38,760 nt of DNA from an uncultured Roseivirgaceae bacterium (GTDB taxonomy: Bacteria > Bacteroidota > Bacteroidia > Cytophagales > Cyclobacteriaceae): the NCBI GenBank assembly GCA_964406435.1, contig CAYORY010000001.1, forward strand, positions 1 through 38,760. Reading direction: 5' to 3'. Under the pieces are notes generated by a model. That model saw only the letters and a list, made by a program, of their open reading frames with translations, did not search any database and had not been told where the DNA came from. Within the stretch, counting starts at the first letter, position 1; each line of letters begins with the position of its first letter. The position numbers and the translations under genes were made by a program. Positions 1-7,272 of this stretch are shown one piece after another.

Positions 1-202
1 CTACCATTCCACCAAAAGAAATTCCGATAATCACGAAGGGTTCGTTAGTGTTAATTTGTTCCGAAAATCGGATTGCATAGTCTTGAATTGTCTCGTTACG
101 TTCTGGTTCAATCCATTGCAGTGGTATTATCTCGAAATCGAGACTTAGCTCTGAAAAGACTCGTTCATCAACACCTAAGCCACCTATTCCGTATACTTTC
201 AA
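1..202 (-). CDS. alpha/beta-hydrolase fold protein, N-terminal part only (gene runs off the left edge); cassette-borne
   Basis: The minus frame is open to the window edge. From a TTG at 202-200 it reads LKVYGIGGLGVDERVFSELSLDFEIIPLQWIEPERNETIQDYAIRFSEQINTNEPFVIIGISFGGMV. GISFGG is a GxSxG nucleophile elbow. A stop codon lies immediately upstream, so the start must be non-ATG. Confidence 0.6.
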   Translation of the reverse strand, partial: MKVYGIGGLGVDERVFSELSLDFEIIPLQWIEPERNETIQDYAIRFSEQINTNEPFVIIGISFGGMV

Positions 203-224
203 AACTTGATCTGGGGATTATGAG

Positions 225-456
225 AGGTAACGACCATGTATGAGGCGTGTGCTCTCACTCAGTGGACAGCACTAAAATAGTGAAGTCTGCCGGTGCTTCC
301 AAAGTTTGTAGAAAGCAGTGCGTTCTGAAGTGAAAAAATCCCGCGAACTGATGTATCCAAACCGCACAAATCTTTCTCGGCGGCTGACTCACGGTCAAGT
401 CCTGATGTGGTTTGTAGAAAGCATGTAAGCACATGCCTTCATACATAATGTTACAG
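225..456 (-). repeat. attC-like recombination site A (232 nt)
   Basis: The arm TAACGACCATGTATGAGGC (228-246) pairs with GCCTTCATACATAATGTTA (435-453), leaving an unpaired spacer and one bulged base. The conserved module AGCACTAAAATAGTGAAGTCTGCC lies at 268-291. The site sits between two cassette ORFs. Confidence 0.75.
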
Positions 457-849
457 ACCGTTCTTCAGTTGGCCGTTTGCCTGTTGAGAAAGTTCGAGTT
501 CACCAGTTCCAGAAGCGACCAAGTTGAAAAGAGGTTCGCCAGTTAGATGTTCAGGGTACAAAATCCGAGAGTTAAAAAGAGTTGAGTTAGCCAGTTCAGG
601 TTGTAGATGACCGTTGAGTAGGCTTGAAAGTTCCGTCCAGAAAGTTGGATCGTTCGTCAAGTCGTTAGAAACCTCATAAAGTGTTCCGTTCGAGTCAATA
701 AAGACGAAAAAATAGTCGTCAACAAATGGCCCTCCTTCGATTGTGTATTCGCCGATAAGTTGAATGGACTCTAGTTCGATCGACCAAGAAGTTAGGTTGT
801 TCTCAGTTAGCTCCAGTTGTCCGTTCCGAATCTTGAGTTTTGCAGTCAT
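451..849 (-). CDS. hypothetical cytoplasmic protein (cassette cargo, about 132 aa)
   Basis: This is ORF 451..864 trimmed to MTAKLKIRNG (ATG 849-847), because the upstream codons fall inside attC-B. The stop TAA (453-451) lies inside the attC-A core GTTACAG. No recognisable motif. Confidence 0.55.
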   Translation of the reverse strand: MTAKLKIRNGQLELTENNLTSWSIELESIQLIGEYTIEGGPFVDDYFFVFIDSNGTLYEVSNDLTNDPTFWTELSSLLNGHLQPELANSTLFNSRILYPEHLTGEPLFNLVASGTGELELSQQANGQLKNGL

Positions 850-852
850 GGT

Positions 853-1087
853 CTGTAACGCCAAGCTAGCAGTTTGTGCGCCCTCGGCTTATAAAGAGCA
901 CTAAAGTAGCGAAACTGCCCAACCACCACAAAAGCCGCTACGAAGAAATGCGTTCCCCAAGATAAAGACCAGAACCACAGAAAGGGCTAGCAGCACAAAG
1001 GTCTCAGAATGGGTAGTGAAGCGGGCAATTAACCGATGAAACTTGCAGATTGCTCATTTGGCGCATAACTGCTAGCGATTGTTAGTA
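853..1087 (-). repeat. attC-like recombination site B (235 nt)
   Basis: The arm TAACGCCAAGCTAGCAGTTTGTGCGCC (856-) pairs with GGCGCATAACTGCTAGCGATTGTTA (-1084). The conserved module AGCACTAAAGTAGCGAAACTGCCC lies at 897-920. The interior closely resembles attC-D. Confidence 0.75.
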
Positions 1088-1113
1088 GCTTTATTTTCGT
1101 TTTTGTTAACCTG

Positions 1114-1605
1114 TTAGAAGATGGTCAGCACGATGGTCTCAAAAAAAGCAAAGATGTTAGCCTTCTTTGTTCGTGTACAGAGGCTGGTTGTTAAATACTC
1201 ATCTGTTTTAGTACCAAGTCGAAATAGTTCGTTAGTGAGGTATCCATAAACTAGATGAGTTGTCCCCTCATCAAACCAGTTCCCACAATCAGCCCCACCG
1301 CCGGTTGTTCTGATCTTTAAAACTTCAGAGTCCCTAAACCTGTTCTTGCCTTTCTGAATGGATTTTACTTCGAATTCAAATTCGTAAATGTTATAGTCAA
1401 TATTACGAGTCTCGCCAGTTCCAGTCGTATATGATTCAGTAGTTGGGTATTCGGTGATTTTCGTAACAGTTCCCCGAAAAACAATGTCTGAATGTTTTTG
1501 AGCTTTGAAAATCCCAACTCGTCCGCAAGAACAAGCCATCACCTCAGTTGTTCCGATGAGGAGAAAAATTAGTAAAGTCAGAAGAGTTCTCTGCGTGAAG
1601 GTCAT
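1114..1605 (-). CDS. secreted TIMP/NTR-like protein (cassette cargo, about 163 aa)
   Basis: This is ORF 1114..1656 trimmed to MTFTQRTLLTLLIFLLIGTTEVMA|CSCG, because the upstream codons lie in attC-C. The signal peptide has a VMA cleavage motif that would expose an N-terminal Cys-x-Cys. The following sequence, CSCGRVGIFKAQKHSDIVFRGTV, resembles the N-terminus of mature TIMP-2 as recalled from memory ([24 protein letters not shown]). Confidence 0.55.
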   Translation of the reverse strand: MTFTQRTLLTLLIFLLIGTTEVMACSCGRVGIFKAQKHSDIVFRGTVTKITEYPTTESYTTGTGETRNIDYNIYEFEFEVKSIQKGKNRFRDSEVLKIRTTGGGADCGNWFDEGTTHLVYGYLTNELFRLGTKTDEYLTTSLCTRTKKANIFAFFETIVLTIF

Positions 1606-1608
1606 TGC

Positions 1609-1843
1609 TACTAACGACCAGCTATCGGGCGTATGTCCGCAGCTAGTGAATAGCACTAAAGTAGTGAAATCTGCCGAAGCTCACAACGGTTCCAAATGGC
1701 ATTGCGTTCTGAAAATTAAAACTCCTGCGCTCAAAAGCTGGTAGAAAGCACCGCCGTATCTCAGCGGCAGATATCACGGTCGAGTTGCACTGAAACCATC
1801 CAGAATGCACTGAGACATATGCCCGATCAGCATTTTGTTAGCA
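1609..1843 (-). repeat. attC-like recombination site C (235 nt)
   Basis: The arm TAACGACCAGCTATCGGGCGTATGTC (1612-1637) pairs with GACATATGCCCGATCAGCATTTTGTTA (1814-1840). There is an inner pairing of GTGAAATCTGCCG with CGGCAGATATCAC. The conserved module lies at 1652-1675. Confidence 0.8.
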
Positions 1844-1846
1844 TCT

Positions 1847-2494
1847 TTATTTTAGTCGATAAGAAGCGGAAAATTGAAATGTTCTATTCTGAAATTTCGG
1901 GTTGTTATCACTCGATATTGGGTTACCGAATTCATCCGTTAACTGCGGTGCGCTAATGACAGATGTGAAGCCGTGAGTGTATCTCATTTCAAGCATTAGA
2001 TTATCACTCAGAGAATAGCTTAACCCAGCAGACAGACCAAAATCAAAATTATTATCAAAGTTTTCTTTAACATCAATTGTTTCAGAATCGAACTTTGACT
2101 TTGCAGATAATAAATACCCAAATTCCGGTCCAGCTAAAAATGAAAGTTTGTCAATGACTTTATAACTCACGAGCACTGGAAAATTTATGTAGTTCAGATG
2201 TATAGATCCATCTCCTGAAGGTTGAGCACCTTGAATTCCTTCGGATGAATAGCCCTTATTTGAAAAAAGTAATTCCGGCCTTATTGCAAAATTGTCTGAG
2301 AGTTTAATTTGTCCAAAAAGACCAGCATGATATCCCAACCTGTATTTGTTATCGCTATTACTTCCATCAGGAGTATTATCGACCACATTGTTGACATAGT
2401 TAACTCCTGCCTTGATACCAAACTGTGTTTGCGCTTGAGTATATTCAAAACTGGAGACAAGGATAAGCAATAGTATTGTGGCTCTATTTTTCAT
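1847..2494 (-). CDS. outer-membrane beta-barrel (porin-family / OMP_b-brl_2-like) protein (cassette cargo)
   Basis: Signal peptide MKNRATILLLILVSSFEYTQAQ. The body shows alternating hydrophobic beta-strand patterns (FGIKAGVNY, GYHAGLFGQ, RPELLFSNKG). It ends in an aromatic-rich terminal strand (FSASYRLK). Confidence 0.65.
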   Translation of the reverse strand: MKNRATILLLILVSSFEYTQAQTQFGIKAGVNYVNNVVDNTPDGSNSDNKYRLGYHAGLFGQIKLSDNFAIRPELLFSNKGYSSEGIQGAQPSGDGSIHLNYINFPVLVSYKVIDKLSFLAGPEFGYLLSAKSKFDSETIDVKENFDNNFDFGLSAGLSYSLSDNLMLEMRYTHGFTSVISAPQLTDEFGNPISSDNNPKFQNRTFQFSASYRLK

Positions 2495-2515
2495 TACTTC
2501 GTTTGGTTTTATTGA

Positions 2516-2747
2516 TGCTAACGACCAGCTATGCGCCGTGTGTCCACAGCTGCTAGATCATGATAAAGATAGCGGAACTGCCCAACACCGATGAAGTGTC
2601 TACGAAGAAATGCGTTCCACAAGTCTAAGTCCAGAAGTAAAGAAGGAGGGGCGGGAGATGAAATATCAGAATGGGCGGTGTAGCGGGCGAGTCCCGATGC
2701 ACTTTCAGAAAGCACTATGACACATGGCGGATGAGCGTCTGTTAGAT
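2516..2747 (-). repeat. attC-like recombination site D (232 nt)
   Basis: The arm TAACGACCAGCTATGCGCCG (2519-) pairs with the CGGATGAGCGTCTGTTA end at 2744. A degenerate conserved module, ATGATAAAGATAGCGGAACTGCCC, lies at 2560-2583. The stop codon of the upstream cassette ORF (2744-2742) lies inside the GTTAGAT core. Confidence 0.75.
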
Positions 2748-3272
2748 GCTTTTAATTATGTGTTTTAATTCGTTCAGAAGTTCGTTCTCCTGTTCAGTTG
2801 GTTCAAGATAGCTTCCCTCAAGTCGAAATAGGTTGATCTTGTGTTCGGAGGTTAGACGCAGTTGAATGCTGTGAATGTATTCTTGAGAAGTTGGTTTAGT
2901 TGCAGTTGCATATTCATCAAAAAATTTCGAATGAAAGCCGATTTCTTTAATGTCCTCAAAACGTCTTGCCATTCTACCCCAGCGTTCTTCGATTGATTCA
3001 AATTTTCGATCTTTTAAGTTCAGAGTTAGGCTAGATTTCCCAGCAGTCTTAGATCCGGTTTTCAGCGTTATTATTATAACACCTATTAGAACAAGAATTC
3101 CCAAAATCAGAGAGAATGCCATTAGAAATAGAGATGGAAAAATCATGAAAACACCAAAAATTATGATCAAATAGCGGTTAGTGTTCGAATGCTTAATAGT
3201 AATCAGCTCCTCGGTCTGTTCAACCTTGTAGCCATTGTCGTTGAGAAGTTCGATAGAAGGTTTACTAAACAT
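2742..3272 (-). CDS. hypothetical membrane protein with a hydrophobic hairpin (2 TM) and a soluble C-terminal domain (cassette cargo)
   Basis: 176-aa ORF starting MFSKPSIELL. It has a long hydrophobic stretch, LIIIFGVFMIFPSLFLMAFSLILGILVLIGVIIITL. No family motif recognised. Confidence 0.55.
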   Translation of the reverse strand: MFSKPSIELLNDNGYKVEQTEELITIKHSNTNRYLIIIFGVFMIFPSLFLMAFSLILGILVLIGVIIITLKTGSKTAGKSSLTLNLKDRKFESIEERWGRMARRFEDIKEIGFHSKFFDEYATATKPTSQEYIHSIQLRLTSEHKINLFRLEGSYLEPTEQENELLNELKHIIKSI

Positions 3273-3289
3273 GCGGTAGTCAAAATTGC

Positions 3290-3421
3290 ATCTAACGGTC
3301 TCGTGTATGAGCAGTAGCGGATTTCAAGCCACATAACTGTCAGGTAGCACCGGCCTTTGATTAATAGTTTTAAGTTTCAAAATAGCACTGAACCCGCTAT
3401 TGCTTATACACAATGTTGTAT
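3290..3421 (-). repeat. attC-like recombination site E (132 nt; attC of the 5.2-kb cassette)
   Basis: The arm TAACGGTCTCGTGTATGAGCAGTAGCGG (3293-) pairs with CCGCTATTGCTTATACACAATGTTG (-3418). The length is classical for an attC. Its outer core, AATGTTGTATGCC (3412-3424), is the exact reverse complement of 8516-8528. Confidence 0.8.
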
Positions 3422-3542
3422 GCCCGTGCTTTTTCATTTTCTTTTTTGTCAGCGTTGGGGCAGCCGTACTCTTTGGCAAGTTTTGGCTTGTGTGGCTGCT
3501 TTGAGCGACTTGCCAATGTGTATGGATGCTTGCGGTTGCCAT

Positions 3543-6500
3543 TTAGTATCGTTCCAAGAATCTCCGTTGTCTTTCCCAGTCACCACTTTTTAAACAGCTT
3601 TCTATTCGCTCATTCAAATATTTCTTAATCGGGAGTAGTTTTATTCCCATTTGAGACTTATTGACTATAGCGAGAATATTTCGCCAGTCAGCTGCCTCAA
3701 TGTCTGCAAGTATTACATCCCCTGTTCCACTCGTTCCACTTCCTCTCCACATGATTTTGGAAAAAACCCCAACTTCCTGATTTATGGAAAGAAACAGCAA
3801 TAGCATTTCTTCAAATACTTCCTTCATTGAATGTCTTGCGATGTCCACAGCAACATTTACTTTTTGATGATCACTGTTGTTTGCTCGTACAAACTGAAAT
3901 AGAAAGTCCTTTGCCTTTTCCTTTGAATCTTCTGGTATATTTCTAAAGAAGGAGTTACAGAAGTGGTCGAGAATTCCGAAGTATGGTTCTCGCTCAATTA
4001 CTAAATCAAACACTTCAGTCAACACTGGTTCAATGCCATCTACTTGCCAAACAAATCCTAATCTTCTGTGATCTCCCGATAATCCAAATTTTCTTTCTGA
4101 GAATAAACTTTCTACGTATTCCATTAAGAACTGAGGGTCTTGCTTTAGAATGTTGAACATTCCTTTCCCTTCATAGTCAAAGTGGTTGTGAATCTTATCT
4201 TGTTGGATATACGCTTTCTTGATTAGGTCAATGTTATCCCCCAATTTGTCAAAATGAGTGCTGAAAAAGTCCATCCAAACCTGCAAGCCTGTGCCGTTCT
4301 CATTTTTCTCTACAATTTTTCTCAGAACAACTTGAAACAGGTTGGGTTCAATTGATAGAAACCGTTGCAGCCTGTCAAAATGGACTGTGTTCGAACCACT
4401 CATATTGCTTACCGTGTTCACTATAGCGTCAACGTAGCCCTTAGTCAGCAATGAATCCTCCAAATAATCGTAGAACGATAGCTCCCAATGAGCTTTAAGA
4501 TTGAAATCTTTACTTTGGATTATTGCCCAAATGTGCTCTGAAGATTCTGCAGTTTTCAGATGGTTTCGAAATACAACTCTCGGAATGTAATTTATTGTGT
4601 TATCAATTGCGATAACCTGATTTAATAGTTCACAGCCCAAATGAAAATCAAGACTGCAATTTTCGTCAATCACGAAATCAAGTGAATTATTATAATTCCA
4701 TTCATTCTTAGCTTTCTCCTTCAAGAACGTGAAAACTTTGATGAATTCTTCTACCTCAGTCCTTGTTTTGAAAACAAACGAAGTTCTTATTTCAGCTTCC
4801 TTCAGTCTTTCGTACTCTCGATAATCTTCGTATTCGTACATTTCCTTATCACGCAATATATCCCAATCAATTTTTAAATAGGTTTCGTAATCTGCATTGG
4901 TAAATGACTCTGCTAATGATGAAAATGAAGGGTGCAAAACAGAGTTCCTCTTACACCATCTTATCTGTTCGTGAACATACCTACAGTGTTCGAAATTATC
5001 GGGTGATAAATGCCTTTCAATTATGTCAATAACGTAAGGAACATCAAATTCCATTACCTCCCTAAGCACGTCTGGACTTACACTGGCATAACTCTGAAGG
5101 AGGCTGAAAGACTCGGCAGGAGAGTTGTTGAAGTCGTTTGCTACCGACACCCAAATATTTTTTCGGAACTCCTGGATTTCTTGACTATTTGGAATGGGAT
5201 ACTCATACCAATAAAACGAGTGATTGCGGCCTCCTTTTGTGTGTCGGAATTTGAAGGATAAAAATGTTTTAGATAATTCATAAAAAATAGAGGCACAGAG
5301 GTTGTCCTTTTTGTTTAAACCATCCAATAGTATTTGAAACAAAATTGACTGTCTTGCAAATCTGAACCTCTCATCATCTCTGTCAAACAGAAGCTGCTCA
5401 CGAATTTTGTGAATCAGTTCCGGTACATGCTCCGGCTTTTTCCGTACATATTCAATAGCCAATTCTAATGCATCGTTTAGATTGTTTGGAAATCGAAAAA
5501 ACTCTCCAAGCAACTCAATGACTTTATTCTTTTCATATGAAAAAGCATTGTTCTCATAAGTCACCTCAAAGCTTTCAGAAGTGGCATTTTCTAATGATTC
5601 TATAATGCCATAAATAAACGCCAATGATTCAGTTGACAGATAATACCAAAAAGCCGACAGAAATTTGAACCCTTTTTCTTCGTCATTCTTGATAGACTTC
5701 CAATGGTTTTGCAGATGTGGACGCAGTTTGTCCATTACTTTTTGCACTCCAAACGTGTTGTTTGCCGGAATCACACAATCTTTGAAGCGACTACTGTTGC
5801 TATCAAAATATTTACTCAGCAATACTTCAAATGAAAGTAGATTGTCCTTGATGAATGCCTTATAGAAGAAATAGGTTGATAAATTTTGCTCAGGAATTTT
5901 CACATGTTCAAACTGTATTTCAACCAATTCCAGTTTGTCTAGTTTATCTATAGCATCTATAAAGTGTGCATAGTCAATTTCAAAATTGTCAAGTATGGAG
6001 GTCACTAATTCCTTGTTCTTGTATGGGATGGTATAGAAGAATGCAATCAGACCAAGGCAGTTAATATTCAAGTCTTTCGCAAACTCCCCATCATCCTTGA
6101 TAAACGTTGAGAAGTAGTTTTCAAATAAATCTGATACATCTGCCAAGGCATATATATTCTGTTCAGCCTTTGCAAGTAGGGCAGTCATTATTGCCAATCG
6201 CGGATTTCCATCCGCAATGCGAACAATTTCATTGTGATAATCCTGATTTAGAATTTCGAAAGGCGTTGCCTTAACAATATCCGTAATCTGCTCATCTGAG
6301 AACTTGGATAAGTCTATTCTTTTGGGCGAAAATTCTTGACATAGTATTCCAATATCTTGGAACGCATAGTCTCTGACTGTAATCAGAATCTTTAACTTGC
6401 CTTTTTGGGTTGCTCTATAAAAAGTTGTTATTTGATTGAAAGCATCAATCCTATTTGCATCATCAACGAAAAGTATATGGTCCTTTTCGGAATCGAAATA

Positions 6501-7265
6501 CTGAAACAAATCATCGAGTAGTGTATGATGCTTATACGAAACACAATAAGCATCAAATTCATTGTTCTCCGCAAGGAATGCTTTTATCGCTTCGAGAGCT
6601 AATTTGGTTTTGCCAATTCCTGGCGCACCAGTCAGAATAATAAAATCATTCTGATGTATTGATTCGTTGAGGGTCTTGAGTTCTTCTTCCCGATGCAGGA
6701 ACGTATTATCAAGAGGGGTAGAGATGCCCGCGGATGCCTTGTTGTATTCTGCAATGAATTTTTCTATTGAAACAATTTGTCCAGTGTCTAATGGTAACCC
6801 CAAATACTCGTGGGTTAAATCCCTATGGTTCAAATGGAGTTCTATTGCCAACCAATCCAGATTGTAAATAGTAAGTACAATTCGGGTGTTAGCCAAAAGG
6901 TCATTTAACGCTTTTGTTTCCTTTGCTTTAGGATTGAAATTGACACAAAGAATAATCTCGGCTATTTGATTTACAGGAATGCCAGTCTTCGATTCATTGA
7001 GGCACTTTTGTACATCTTTTTTTAACTTGGAGAATCCATCTGAAACATTTGTAGAATGTTCAACGAAAATGAACTTACCATTTGGAAGAAGCAAAAAGGT
7101 ATCGGGAGTACCAGGTACAGTTTTCTGTTTGCCACTTTGGCTCCCGGCTCTTACTAAAGCCGAATAGTTACTATTCCTCAAAGCAAGAAAACTATCGCAT
7201 AACTCTTGGAAAGCAGCCGAGTTAATTGCTTTTAAAGCTTCTTCTATTGATTGTAGTCTACTCAC
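3543..7265 (-). CDS. STAND-class P-loop NTPase with a nuclease-like N-terminal domain and a long helical C-terminal domain (Avs/NLR-like candidate defence protein)
   Basis: 1240-aa ORF. Walker A is LTGAPGIGKTKLA (GAPGIGKT = nt 6606-6629). Walker B is HILFVDDANR (aa 263-272). A GxP-type motif, ADGNPRLAIM (GNPRLA = nt 6192-6209), resembles the NB-ARC GLPLA motif. The N-terminal about 170 aa contain PGTPDTF...FIFVEHST, reminiscent of PD-(D/E)xK nucleases. The C-terminal about 850 aa are helix-rich, with no catalytic motif seen. Confidence 0.85.
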   Translation of the reverse strand: MSRLQSIEEALKAINSAAFQELCDSFLALRNSNYSALVRAGSQSGKQKTVPGTPDTFLLLPNGKFIFVEHSTNVSDGFSKLKKDVQKCLNESKTGIPVNQIAEIILCVNFNPKAKETKALNDLLANTRIVLTIYNLDWLAIELHLNHRDLTHEYLGLPLDTGQIVSIEKFIAEYNKASAGISTPLDNTFLHREEELKTLNESIHQNDFIILTGAPGIGKTKLALEAIKAFLAENNEFDAYCVSYKHHTLLDDLFQYFDSEKDHILFVDDANRIDAFNQITTFYRATQKGKLKILITVRDYAFQDIGILCQEFSPKRIDLSKFSDEQITDIVKATPFEILNQDYHNEIVRIADGNPRLAIMTALLAKAEQNIYALADVSDLFENYFSTFIKDDGEFAKDLNINCLGLIAFFYTIPYKNKELVTSILDNFEIDYAHFIDAIDKLDKLELVEIQFEHVKIPEQNLSTYFFYKAFIKDNLLSFEVLLSKYFDSNSSRFKDCVIPANNTFGVQKVMDKLRPHLQNHWKSIKNDEEKGFKFLSAFWYYLSTESLAFIYGIIESLENATSESFEVTYENNAFSYEKNKVIELLGEFFRFPNNLNDALELAIEYVRKKPEHVPELIHKIREQLLFDRDDERFRFARQSILFQILLDGLNKKDNLCASIFYELSKTFLSFKFRHTKGGRNHSFYWYEYPIPNSQEIQEFRKNIWVSVANDFNNSPAESFSLLQSYASVSPDVLREVMEFDVPYVIDIIERHLSPDNFEHCRYVHEQIRWCKRNSVLHPSFSSLAESFTNADYETYLKIDWDILRDKEMYEYEDYREYERLKEAEIRTSFVFKTRTEVEEFIKVFTFLKEKAKNEWNYNNSLDFVIDENCSLDFHLGCELLNQVIAIDNTINYIPRVVFRNHLKTAESSEHIWAIIQSKDFNLKAHWELSFYDYLEDSLLTKGYVDAIVNTVSNMSGSNTVHFDRLQRFLSIEPNLFQVVLRKIVEKNENGTGLQVWMDFFSTHFDKLGDNIDLIKKAYIQQDKIHNHFDYEGKGMFNILKQDPQFLMEYVESLFSERKFGLSGDHRRLGFVWQVDGIEPVLTEVFDLVIEREPYFGILDHFCNSFFRNIPEDSKEKAKDFLFQFVRANNSDHQKVNVAVDIARHSMKEVFEEMLLLFLSINQEVGVFSKIMWRGSGTSGTGDVILADIEAADWRNILAIVNKSQMGIKLLPIKKYLNERIESCLKSGDWERQRRFLERY

Positions 7266-7272
7266 GATGATT

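Noticed and set aside
255-446. 63-aa minus-strand ORF (and the analogous 65-aa ORF at 2518..2715)
   Set aside because: Both lie entirely inside attC-like palindromes A and D. The sequence similarity between elements is at the nucleotide level and not frame-preserving. There is no plausible start context.
3324-3628. Three overlapping 71-78-aa ORFs between attC-E and the STAND gene
   Set aside because: They overlap attC-E and the 3' end of the 1240-aa gene in several frames, and their composition is low-complexity Cys/Phe/Leu-rich. They are most likely noise in a non-coding spacer. That spacer does contain a 7-bp inverted repeat, GGCAAGT...ACTTGCC.
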